A stretch of DNA of 64,000 nt from a virus, in IMG/VR virus record IMGVR_UViG_3300036780_000209, positions 102,499-166,498 of that record, one strand, 5' to 3'. The position numbers and the translations under genes were made by a program. Of the stretch, positions 54,927-63,573 are shown in pieces (within the stretch, counting starts at the first letter, position 1; each line of letters begins with the position of its first letter). Under the pieces are notes generated by a model, which was not told the origin of the DNA, ran no database searches, and saw only the letters and a program-made list of their open reading frames with translations.

Positions 54927-54960
54927 GAAAACTCAAGGTAGAGCATATAGAGCCTCACTG

Positions 54961-55734
54961 TCAAACTAGAGTGCAGAGCACCTCGGAGAGCGGACTCAGC
55001 GGGAAGTCAGCCAATACCTTACTCAGGCCCCAGAGGCCGAGCACAAGCAGCGGGCGGCCGGTCTCGCGCCAGGCAGCGTAGCGAGCGCGGTCGTCGTCGT
55101 CCTCATAGCCCTTGGTCTCGATGAAGAGCCCCAGGGTCGGCAGCCAGAAGTCCGGGCAGTACCAGCCGTCCTCGCCGAACTGCACTGCCTGGCTGCGGTC
55201 GGCGCGCTCGACCGGGAGCTTGGCGAACATGCACAGGCTCCAGAACAGGCACTCGTAGCTGGACTCGAAGACGATGTCGAAGTCGCCAACGGCGTAGAAC
55301 CGGCGTGTCTTCGTGTGCGTGGCGGCGCATTTATTCGAGCAATACTTGTTGTGGCCCTTGCCGTAATTCTTGTAGCGAGTTACTTCTTTCCCGCAGTTCA
55401 GGCAATTGAAGGTCACATGATTCGCAGGGTCAGGCTGACGCTTACCGCCATAAAGCTTCCGGCAGGTTTCCGAGCAGTACTTTTTCTGTTCCTTGTAGAT
55501 GTACTGCTGACCCGGCGGCGGCGGAACTTCGTTACCGCAAGGGCAGAGGGGCGGCTGGTACCGTTTTGCAGCCCGTACCGACTCGGCGCGCTGGGCAGCG
55601 GTCGCCCGGTTCGAGCACGCCTTGGTGCAGTAGATCTTGTTCCGGTAAGGCAGCTTGTCCGGGACCTCGAACTCCTGACCGCACTCGGCATGAGCACAGG
55701 TCTTGTGCAGGATCCCGGCCTTAGGCCGTGGCAT
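54961..55734 (-). CDS. Free-standing endonuclease: Zn-finger repeats + PD-(D/E)XK domain
   Basis: Three C..CG..(F)...YCS..C repeats, then FESSYE...YCPDFWLP..GLFIETKG. Confidence 0.8.
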   Translation of the reverse strand: MPRPKAGILHKTCAHAECGQEFEVPDKLPYRNKIYCTKACSNRATAAQRAESVRAAKRYQPPLCPCGNEVPPPPGQQYIYKEQKKYCSETCRKLYGGKRQPDPANHVTFNCLNCGKEVTRYKNYGKGHNKYCSNKCAATHTKTRRFYAVGDFDIVFESSYECLFWSLCMFAKLPVERADRSQAVQFGEDGWYCPDFWLPTLGLFIETKGYEDDDDRARYAAWRETGRPLLVLGLWGLSKVLADFPLSPLSEVLCTLV

Positions 55735-55815
55735 GGCAGAACCCCCTGTCAGAGCCGTATCTTTGTACTGACTCTATCAGGGGGTTCCGTGTCTTGCAGT
55801 CAGATCATCACTGAA

Positions 55816-56832
55816 TCATGACTTGGTAATTGTGGCGATGCCCCTCGGATTCAGGATACTCATCGCAACCATCTCATCGAAGACCCAACCCTTCCAGAAC
55901 GCCTCAACGTTGTGGTTCTCTTCCACGTCCAAACTGTACAAAACGGGGAAAACGCCCAGGAAGTTAGGCTCAGGAGTCAGGAAAATCTTCGCCTGAGGGA
56001 CGATAATGGACCTCTGGATCTGGAACTCCCCAAAGGACGTAATCGTCTCACCGGCGACAACCCGGTCCTTAAACGCCCAACCCGTCTGATTGATATCCCA
56101 TCGGTACATATCCCGGAAGTCGAACGGGTTGATCATGATCCGGGCCGACGGCAGCTCGTGCAGGTCGGTCATGGCCACGGCCGAGTAGAGCGAGCCCGGG
56201 GTCAGGTAGCCCGACGCCTCGGTGATGTTGTGGTTCGGGGTGACCACGTGATCGGGCCGGGTGGCGTAGTCGGTGACGGCGGCCTGCAGGATGACCAGGA
56301 GCCGGGCGTCCTCCTGCTTGAGGATGGCCTGCTTGGTCTCGTCCTGGGCCTGCTCCACCGCGTTGATCCGCAGGTAGAAGAGGTCTTCCTTGCGGATGGC
56401 CGGGCGGGAGGCGATCCGGAAGAACCGCACCGGGATGCGCTTGCCCTCGAACGGGGTCACGCGGACCTCGCCCTCGGTGCCCGACAGGATGTAGGCCTGG
56501 CCCAGGTCGTCCCACACGTCGTACTCGACGGGGGTGCCCGGGGTGACCGGGTCCTCGACCAGCACGTTGCGGGTGATGCCCTGGTACCGCAGCTTGAGCT
56601 GGATGGGGCCGACCATGCCCACGCCCAGCCTGCGGAAGCCGTGCATCTCGTCGCTCAGGATGAGCGCCATCTTGCGGACCTTGGCCTCCCGCGTCAGCGG
56701 GGACTTGCCGCTGCGCCGGGCCTCGATCTGGGCGACGTAGTCGTCTGACTTCCGTGCGGCGACACGAGGACGCAAGCCGCCACGAGGTGCCAGCGCCAGT
56801 TGCCCGTCTGCCACTGTGGCCAGCTCGTTCAT
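55816..56832 (-). CDS. Major capsid protein
   Basis: 338 aa, ending ...GWVFDEMVAMSILNPRGIATI, downstream of the protease and accessory genes. Confidence 0.88.
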   Translation of the reverse strand: MNELATVADGQLALAPRGGLRPRVAARKSDDYVAQIEARRSGKSPLTREAKVRKMALILSDEMHGFRRLGVGMVGPIQLKLRYQGITRNVLVEDPVTPGTPVEYDVWDDLGQAYILSGTEGEVRVTPFEGKRIPVRFFRIASRPAIRKEDLFYLRINAVEQAQDETKQAILKQEDARLLVILQAAVTDYATRPDHVVTPNHNITEASGYLTPGSLYSAVAMTDLHELPSARIMINPFDFRDMYRWDINQTGWAFKDRVVAGETITSFGEFQIQRSIIVPQAKIFLTPEPNFLGVFPVLYSLDVEENHNVEAFWKGWVFDEMVAMSILNPRGIATITKS

Positions 56833-56872
56833 CTGGTATTTCCTTCCTTGCGTTGCCGCGTGAGAGAGCCGG

Positions 56873-57454
56873 TCAGCCCTTGACCGAGTTGGCAGCCAGG
56901 CCGGCCTCGAACATCAGGCCGCCGATGGTGAGCTTGGTGGAGCTGTTGACCTTGAGCAGCCGGGCAATCGGGTAGGTGCTCTGGTTGGCAGCGCCCTGGG
57001 GAACGAGCATCCCCTGGTTGGACCCGGCGGTGGAGAAGTAGACCAGCGCCGATCCGGACCCGTCGGTGGGGTCAGTCCAGGACTGGGTGGCGTCGAAGGC
57101 GGGAGCCAGGATCTCGAACTCGCTGTCGGGTCCCAGGACCCACACCGCGAAGGCGTTGATGCCCGCGAAGAGCAGCTCGTCGATCCCGTCGCCGCCGACG
57201 TACAGGCCGCCGAGGCCGTAGCCGATCTGGCTGCCGGCCGACGCCATGGTCTTGCCGCCCATCTGGCCGGTGGTCGCGCCGCCGAGCGCCACGAGGTCAC
57301 CGCCCGTGCGGACATAGACCATGCCCGGCCAGGCGGGAACGGCCCGGGTCCACCCTGGGTCCAGGAAGCAGGGCTTGGGGGTGGCCTGCGTCCAGGAATA
57401 GAGAGGCCGGATCGTCCTCTTGATGTAATCATTTGAGAGGTAAGTCCGAATCAT
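56873..57454 (-). CDS. Capsid decoration/accessory protein
   Basis: Directly upstream of the capsid gene. Contains KRTIRPLY...GGDGIDE. Confidence 0.65.
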   Translation of the reverse strand: MIRTYLSNDYIKRTIRPLYSWTQATPKPCFLDPGWTRAVPAWPGMVYVRTGGDLVALGGATTGQMGGKTMASAGSQIGYGLGGLYVGGDGIDELLFAGINAFAVWVLGPDSEFEILAPAFDATQSWTDPTDGSGSALVYFSTAGSNQGMLVPQGAANQSTYPIARLLKVNSSTKLTIGGLMFEAGLAANSVKG

Positions 57455-57526
57455 CGGTCTCTCGCTCCTCTTTCCGGTGAGCCTTCCTGCTATTCCTTTC
57501 GGGGGAGCGCAGGAGAAGGGACAGCG

Positions 57527-57856
57527 TCAGGTCAGGGTGGTCGTGTCAGCGGAGAACAGCGCCGACTTCGCGGCGGCGCTGATCGTCGAGTACTGCTCGT
57601 CCGAGAGGGTCACCACGTCGCCGCCCTTGTACCGGCCGAAATTCGGCAGGGTGACGTTGGTGAGGCCTGCCGTGATGGTCACCTGGTGCGACACGGTCCC
57701 TCCCAGGTAGGAATGACTGAACAGCGACGATGACGTGGTGCTCAGCAGCCCGTACTCGCGGTCGGAGACCGTGAACACGGCACCGCCCTGGTAGCGGTTC
57801 CCGCTGGGGGCCACCAGGTCCTTCACGCCGGCGTTCACCGTGAGCTGGTAGGTCAT
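57527..57856 (-). CDS. Small virion protein with a duplicated module
   Basis: Start at MTYQLTV. Two 'P..G.RY.GG.V.T.SD.(E/Q)Y..' repeats. Confidence 0.65.
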   Translation of the reverse strand: MTYQLTVNAGVKDLVAPSGNRYQGGAVFTVSDREYGLLSTTSSSLFSHSYLGGTVSHQVTITAGLTNVTLPNFGRYKGGDVVTLSDEQYSTISAAAKSALFSADTTTLT

Positions 57857-60800
57857 CAGTCCAGGAAGATGTCGAAGGCGTCGGCTTCGTCCATGGACGC
57901 GGCGGTGGCATAGGTCAGGGGTGCCGGGGCCGATGCCATGGACGGGGCGGCCCGGGACGTGCGGGCCATCTGGCGCTGCTGCCCCGGAGCGGGACGGCGG
58001 CGGGCCATCTGGCCCAGTACCTCGATCTCGCGCTCGATGTCGTGGACGCTCAGCGACGCGTCCCGCTCGATCCCCGCGCCGATGTCGAGGTCGTCTCCCT
58101 GGACGAGGCCCGCCTGGACGCGCAGGCGTCCCAGGCGCATTGACGCCATGGTCCGGATCGCCGCGTCCCCGGAGGCCATCGAGGCCTCCTTCTCGCGGGC
58201 CGCGAGCATCCACGGGAAGGCCGTGCCGTCATTGCCCTGGCCGCCGATCCCCGGGCCGCTGGCCTTGAGGGGGTCGGGGGCGATCCGCACGTCAGTCTCG
58301 ATCCGGCGCTGCTGGATCGGGACCCCGCCGTCCTGGGACGGGTTGGTGCCGGTGACCGGCGCGGTCACGTCGGTCAGGTTGGTGGCCGGGGCAGCCGGCA
58401 TCTCGATGCCCGGGGTGAGGGGCGTCGAGGTCTGCGCGGCCGGGACGTTGGCCGTCGAGCCGGGGGTAGTGCCGGGCCGCGACGGGTCGTCCTCCGTGTG
58501 CCCGGTGCCGCGAGGCCACGGGCCGCTGTGCTCGGTGCCGCCGCTGGCCAGGGCGTCCTCGGTGGACTGGGTGGCCGGCTGCTGGGGCGGGTCGGGGACC
58601 GGGGACGCCGGGTTCATCAGGTCGGCCTGGCTCCGGATCTGGTCCAGCTCGTCGCTCACGCCGGCCAGCTCGGCCATGAAGCGAAGCTGAGCGCGCAGGA
58701 CCGCGTTCTCCTTGCGCAGGCCAGCGAGCTGCTCACGCTGGGCGGCAGTCTTGGTGCTCATTACGTCTTCGTCTCCCTCATCCGGAGATGGCTCCTGATC
58801 CTTCTCGGGGTTGCCCGGGTCATCTACAGGCTCCAGCGGGGCCTGGCCGCAGGCCGGGCAGCGAGCGCCCGGCTGGGCTCCCTGGTCCCCGGCCGCGAAC
58901 ACCGATCCGCAGGCCGGGCAGCCGAGCACGGCTGACTCCAGGTCCTCCTCGCCCTGCTCCGCCTCTTCCTCGCCGGCCTGCTCGGCCTGCTCCCCCTCGG
59001 CGATTTCCTCCTGGCCGGCCTGCTCCTCGGCCTCCTCGGGGTTCTCCGGGTCCGGGCCGTTCTGCATGTCCCCGGAAGGCTGGCCGCCGACCGGCGCGGG
59101 CACGCCGTTGGGGGTGAGCTGGTCCGGGTGGAAGAGCTGGTGATCGGCGTCGGGGAAGGACCCCTGCTGGCCGGCCTCGTCGGCCGGTCCCTGGGGCAGG
59201 CCGTTCATGCCCACCTCGCCCGCCTGCTCCAGCTCGTCGCGGACCTGGGCGGCCTTGTCCACGTCCGGGTCGCGGAACAGGTCCGGCGGTGACACGAACC
59301 CGCACACCGGGCACCGGTCGCCGGTCCAGACGTTCGCCTCGCCGCAGACCGGGCACTCTTCCTGGCGCAGCGTGTTGATCTTCGGCGGCACCGTCGTCTC
59401 GCCGTAGGCCAGGTACCGCATGCCTGCCGCCTTCTTCTTGGGAGGGCGGGCGACCTGGGTGGGCTCGTGCATCTCCTCGGTGGTCTTCCCCGGCTGCACC
59501 AGGTGGAAGTGGTCGTGCTGGACCTCGGGGTGCTGGTCGTGAGCGTGCTGGTGCCAGCGCTTCCAGGAGTTAAGCTCCAGGGCGATGCGGCCCTTGCCCG
59601 TGGCCCCGTTCAGCTCCTCGTCCTGCTTGTGGTTGCGCTGCTGCTGCACCAGCCAGGTGACGGCCTGGACCTCGTGCGGGTGGATCACGTGCCCGTGCTG
59701 CTTGCTGAGCTGATCGGCGGCCTGGCGGTAGGTATCGGCCACGTAGTTGTACTGCGCCGTGTCCCGGGGCTCGCTGATGGGGGCCTTGGCCAGGTCATCG
59801 TCGCTGACCCGGCGGCCGATCGCCACGGACAGGGCGTGCCGGTCGATCACCACCCGGCTCTTCCCGGCGGCCTTGTCCTCCTCGCTGTCGCCCCCGTGCT
59901 CGATGAGATGCGCGAAGGAGTTGGTCTTCGGCCGGGTGAGCACGTCGTTGTAGTGCTCGCCGCGCAGTATCCGCTGGGCGGACTTCTGGTGGTTCCCCAT
60001 GGCCCCGCTGCCCGGGCCGGGCGCGTTGTCGGGGTCCCGGAGTGCCCGGGAGGCGTTCATCATGTTGACGGGCCACAGGGTCCGGGGAGAGTAAGCGGAC
60101 AGCACGCCGGCCGTGGTGGCCAGGGAGTGCCCGTAGTTGTGCGCCATCGCCTTCGCGATGTGATGCGCCTCGGGGTACCAGTGGCGGCCGATCGCCCGGG
60201 CGTCCTCGTCCGACTCGTTGTAGGCGTTGACGATGTGCTGGGGGTGGACCGGGCTGTGCTCGAAGAACGGGTGCTGGCCGGGGACGGATTCCTTGCGCGG
60301 GGCGGCCTCGGCCCGCAGGCCGCCACGGTGCTCCCAGGGCGGGCACGAATCATGCTCGCAGGCCGTCGGCCCGACAGCGCGGTTCCAGCGCCTGCGCTCA
60401 TCTCGCTGGCGGCTGAGCCTGCGGTCGGCGGGCAGCGGCTTCTCCCGCAGGGGACTGTCAATCATGTTCCAGCGGGCGCGCAGGTGCTTCACGACGCTCT
60501 CGGGAGTGCTGCCCGGCTGCAGGGGAGTAAAGGACGAGTGGTTCTGGTCCGGGCGGTTTACCCGCCATCCGTGCTCGCGCTCGGTAGCGGAGGGATCACC
60601 GCCCCGGTCGAACGCCTCCATGAGCCCCTTGGCGGCATCGGGAGGACCGCCGAGCGGATCGACGTTCATCCCGCGCAGCGTCTCGCGGTCGCGCCAGGCA
60701 TCGGTATTAACGTCAAGGCGCTGGCGGCGCTCGTCGTCATAGCCGCGCCTGACGGGAAATTCCCTCGTGTGATGACGCGGCACGTTATCGTCCCTGCCGA

Positions 60801-62154
60801 CCCCCGAGATCAGGTCGTCAAGCCATCTCTGGTGATCAGGGCCCTCGTACGTCTGGCCACGGGGGATGTTAACCCGGGGCAGCCTGCTGGACGGGATGAC
60901 CGGGTTCTCCCCGCCCTCCTGGTTGGCTGCCTGGAAGTGGGCGAGCAGGGCGGGCTGAGCGCTAAAGTAAACGCCATGGTCAGCAGGTCTGGATCTTCCG
61001 GTCAGTTTGTCCGGACCACCACGGAGATCGAGCGGTACCTCTCGCATATCGACCTTGCCCCCGGCCCGGGATTGTGTAACTCGTGGACGGGCGGGACCTT
61101 CGACAGCGGATACCCGCGATTCTGCCTGTCCGATGCCAGGCGCAGTTCGGTGCGAGCCCATCGCTACGGCTGGAAGCTGCTCCGGGGACCTATTCCGCCG
61201 GAAAAGATCATCCTGCATTCCTGCGACTTCCTGCTGTGCATGAACCCGGCGCACTGGTCGCTGGGCACCAATGCGGAGAACTCGGCCGACATGGTCACCA
61301 GAGGGCGCAGCCTGCCCGGCAGCCGGAACCCTCAGGCCAGGCTCACCGAAGCTGACATACCTCGGATCAAGGAGCTGATCGCTGAGGGAAGCCTGCCGTT
61401 GACCGAGATCGCCCGCATGTTCGGCGTCACGCCGCCGCTGATCGGGCATATCAAGCGAGGCACTGCGTGGAAGCATGTCCTTTGACATACCTCTTGTATC
61501 GATATCACCCAAAAACACAGCCGTCGGATCGGCGGGCTCCTCTACCAGGAGGGAGTTCTCGAAGAAGCTCAGGCCGGCGCAGATCTCGCGGATGATCTCC
61601 TCGCGGATCTTGCCCTCGCGGCGCAGCCGGATCTTCTTGCCCTTCAAGCTGGGCAGGTGGCGGCAGTACTCAGCGGGGGAGGTGGCCTGGTTGCCGCAGG
61701 CGGAGCAGGTGGAGCGCTCCACGTCCACGCCCATGGACGTGCGGTTGATCCGCTTCTTGATAAGCGCCTTCGCCAGGCGCGGGAAGCGGAGGGCATCGAT
61801 CTCCATCAGGCCCTCGACCCAGGTGTCCGGCGTCCCGTCGGGATTGCGGTCGCGGTGCAGGGCAACGGCGACGATGACGCCCCGGGCACGGCGGTGGTTT
61901 GCGTTGTGGTGGTTGACGAAGACCGGCTTGCCCAGGAAGCTCTTGTAGCCGGCCTCGATCTCGCCGGCCGGGAACTCGTCGTGGTTGTCGTTGCACCGGG
62001 ACGAGATCATCCGGGAGCGGACATAGAGGTAGCCGTTGCGCGGCGCATAGTCGAAGGCCACCCGGTGAGCGGCCTTGACCAGGGCGCGCTTCGACGTGCC
62101 CGCCGGGACGCGCCAGGCGTCCAGCACTTCGAGCGTGGCATACTTGCGCAGCAA
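57856..62154 (-). CDS. Prohead protease/scaffold polyprotein with internal cargo domains
   Basis: N-terminal R.ISSR.N.N.D.F...YKSFLGKPVFVNHHN...SMG...CSACGN...YCRH...FFENS..VE.PAD, followed by Zn ribbons and an acidic scaffold-like C-terminus. Confidence 0.8.
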   Translation of the reverse strand: MLRKYATLEVLDAWRVPAGTSKRALVKAAHRVAFDYAPRNGYLYVRSRMISSRCNDNHDEFPAGEIEAGYKSFLGKPVFVNHHNANHRRARGVIVAVALHRDRNPDGTPDTWVEGLMEIDALRFPRLAKALIKKRINRTSMGVDVERSTCSACGNQATSPAEYCRHLPSLKGKKIRLRREGKIREEIIREICAGLSFFENSLLVEEPADPTAVFLGDIDTRGMSKDMLPRSASLDMPDQRRRDAEHAGDLGQRQASLSDQLLDPRYVSFGEPGLRVPAAGQAAPSGDHVGRVLRIGAQRPVRRVHAQQEVAGMQDDLFRRNRSPEQLPAVAMGSHRTAPGIGQAESRVSAVEGPARPRVTQSRAGGKVDMREVPLDLRGGPDKLTGRSRPADHGVYFSAQPALLAHFQAANQEGGENPVIPSSRLPRVNIPRGQTYEGPDHQRWLDDLISGVGRDDNVPRHHTREFPVRRGYDDERRQRLDVNTDAWRDRETLRGMNVDPLGGPPDAAKGLMEAFDRGGDPSATEREHGWRVNRPDQNHSSFTPLQPGSTPESVVKHLRARWNMIDSPLREKPLPADRRLSRQRDERRRWNRAVGPTACEHDSCPPWEHRGGLRAEAAPRKESVPGQHPFFEHSPVHPQHIVNAYNESDEDARAIGRHWYPEAHHIAKAMAHNYGHSLATTAGVLSAYSPRTLWPVNMMNASRALRDPDNAPGPGSGAMGNHQKSAQRILRGEHYNDVLTRPKTNSFAHLIEHGGDSEEDKAAGKSRVVIDRHALSVAIGRRVSDDDLAKAPISEPRDTAQYNYVADTYRQAADQLSKQHGHVIHPHEVQAVTWLVQQQRNHKQDEELNGATGKGRIALELNSWKRWHQHAHDQHPEVQHDHFHLVQPGKTTEEMHEPTQVARPPKKKAAGMRYLAYGETTVPPKINTLRQEECPVCGEANVWTGDRCPVCGFVSPPDLFRDPDVDKAAQVRDELEQAGEVGMNGLPQGPADEAGQQGSFPDADHQLFHPDQLTPNGVPAPVGGQPSGDMQNGPDPENPEEAEEQAGQEEIAEGEQAEQAGEEEAEQGEEDLESAVLGCPACGSVFAAGDQGAQPGARCPACGQAPLEPVDDPGNPEKDQEPSPDEGDEDVMSTKTAAQREQLAGLRKENAVLRAQLRFMAELAGVSDELDQIRSQADLMNPASPVPDPPQQPATQSTEDALASGGTEHSGPWPRGTGHTEDDPSRPGTTPGSTANVPAAQTSTPLTPGIEMPAAPATNLTDVTAPVTGTNPSQDGGVPIQQRRIETDVRIAPDPLKASGPGIGGQGNDGTAFPWMLAAREKEASMASGDAAIRTMASMRLGRLRVQAGLVQGDDLDIGAGIERDASLSVHDIEREIEVLGQMARRRPAPGQQRQMARTSRAAPSMASAPAPLTYATAASMDEADAFDIFLD
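60976..61485 (+). CDS. HNH homing endonuclease with C-terminal HTH, antisense inside the protease ORF
   Basis: CNSWTG...GYPRF...RAHRYGW...GPIP....LHSCD...CMNPAH...GTNAENSADM..RGR...G..NPQARLTE. Confidence 0.88.
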   Translation: MVSRSGSSGQFVRTTTEIERYLSHIDLAPGPGLCNSWTGGTFDSGYPRFCLSDARRSSVRAHRYGWKLLRGPIPPEKIILHSCDFLLCMNPAHWSLGTNAENSADMVTRGRSLPGSRNPQARLTEADIPRIKELIAEGSLPLTEIARMFGVTPPLIGHIKRGTAWKHVL

Positions 62155-62250
62155 CGGTGCCTCCCGGTTCTCCCTCCTTCTGGGGGCCGGGCAGGCATGA
62201 CAGAGCCCCGGCGCCTGCTGGCTGCCGGGGCTCTGCGGGACTAAGGGGCG

Positions 62251-62586
62251 TTACCAGCCTGGCTTCCAGGGCCGGTAGAGAGCGGCGTACTTGTCGGGGG
62301 CGGGCTCGGGCCGGCGCTCAGGCTCGGGCTGGCCGATCGCGGCCAGCCCGCTGCGGTACTCCGCCTGGCTGAGGACCCGGTGACGGCCGGTGTACTGCCT
62401 GCGATCGGCCCGGGCCGCGACTGCATGCCGCTGCAGGGTGCGGATCTGCTCGGCGTCAGCGAGGCTCAGCGGCTTCTCGCCGCGCTCGGGCCTCCAGCCG
62501 GGCAGGAAGATCATCTCGGGCTCGCGCCAGGCGGCTGCCGCGATCGTGATGATCGTCAGCAGGGCCAGGATCTGGTCGGGGCTCAT
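62251..62586 (-). CDS. Membrane-anchored hypothetical protein
   Basis: GAGGAGG RBS and start at MSPDQIL. Confidence 0.55.
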   Translation of the reverse strand: MSPDQILALLTIITIAAAAWREPEMIFLPGWRPERGEKPLSLADAEQIRTLQRHAVAARADRRQYTGRHRVLSQAEYRSGLAAIGQPEPERRPEPAPDKYAALYRPWKPGW

Positions 62587-62609
62587 GCTTTCCTCCTCGG
62601 AATCTGAAT

Positions 62610-62646
62610 TCCCCACTGCAGGTTCTCCCGGGAACCTGCAGTGGGG
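62610..62646. terminator. Long stem-loop
   Basis: CCCCACTGCAGGTT/AACCTGCAGTGGGG. Confidence 0.55.
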
Positions 62647-62654
62647 GTTTAAGT

Positions 62655-63194
62655 TCAGCGGCCCTTGTTGCGGCAGACCGGACCCTTGCCGATCCGGCGT
62701 GATTCCTCGTCGGTCAGGTGACGGCCGCAGTCCCCGCAGATGCCGAGCTGCTGGCCGAACAGGTAGGAGGCCTCGTCGATCCCGTAATCCGCTATCGCCT
62801 GGGCGGCAGCCCGCTGGTGCATGTTGCCGAGCCGGGCGTTCTCCTGGCCGCCGATGATGCGCTCGATGAAGGTGCGGCCGGCCCACTTGCCCTTGTCCGG
62901 GCGGTCCACCTGCCAGAAGTCGAAGTCGTTGTTGCCGGTGAGCGAGGGGGTGGCATACCGCCCCGGCGGGATGTGCTGGAACGCGCTCATGGGCGGGGGC
63001 ACGGCGGCCCCCGGGGGAGCCGGGGCGGTACCGGGCTCCAGGTCATCGCACCGGTTCAGGTAGTCGCGCATCCTGAGCGCCGCCGCCTCGCTCAGCGTGC
63101 CGCTGAGCTGGGAAGAGTCCAGGTTGTGCCGGACGGTGGCGGCCTTGCGGCGCAGCCAGTCCATCTTCTCGGGGGTAGTAAGCGTCTCGTTCAT
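62655..63194 (-). CDS. DUF6011-like Zn-ribbon protein
   Basis: CGDCGRHLTDEESRRIGKGPVC. Confidence 0.7.
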   Translation of the reverse strand: MNETLTTPEKMDWLRRKAATVRHNLDSSQLSGTLSEAAALRMRDYLNRCDDLEPGTAPAPPGAAVPPPMSAFQHIPPGRYATPSLTGNNDFDFWQVDRPDKGKWAGRTFIERIIGGQENARLGNMHQRAAAQAIADYGIDEASYLFGQQLGICGDCGRHLTDEESRRIGKGPVCRNKGR

Positions 63195-63315
63195 CTCGCC
63201 TCTGCTTCTGCTCGCCTCTGCTGTGTACTTATTTTATCAAGGAACCTTGTATCCGGTCAACCCCCCCGTCTGGCCACGGAAGAACTGCAGGACGGGACGC
63301 CAGGGAAAGGATGCA

Positions 63316-63573
63316 ATGAGCGTCTTCACTGGCACCGGAACGCTGACCGCATTCGCGAAGGCAGGCCCTGACCTGGATGCCCTGTGGGATTCCTACCAGG
63401 CTACGGCCGCCCATGCCGCCTTGTCCCTGGCCGCCTGGAACGAGACGGCCATCGCCGGGGGCACCTCCAATCAGACGGGGATGGGCTACACCCGGGCCTA
63501 CGAGGACCAGCTCGCCGCCGGGACCGCCTACCAGGCCTGGCTCGACGCCTTTGACGCCGGGAGGGCTCAGTGA
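63316..63573 (+). CDS. Hypothetical protein
   Basis: AAAGGA RBS and start at MSVFTG. Confidence 0.55.
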   Translation: MSVFTGTGTLTAFAKAGPDLDALWDSYQATAAHAALSLAAWNETAIAGGTSNQTGMGYTRAYEDQLAAGTAYQAWLDAFDAGRAQ

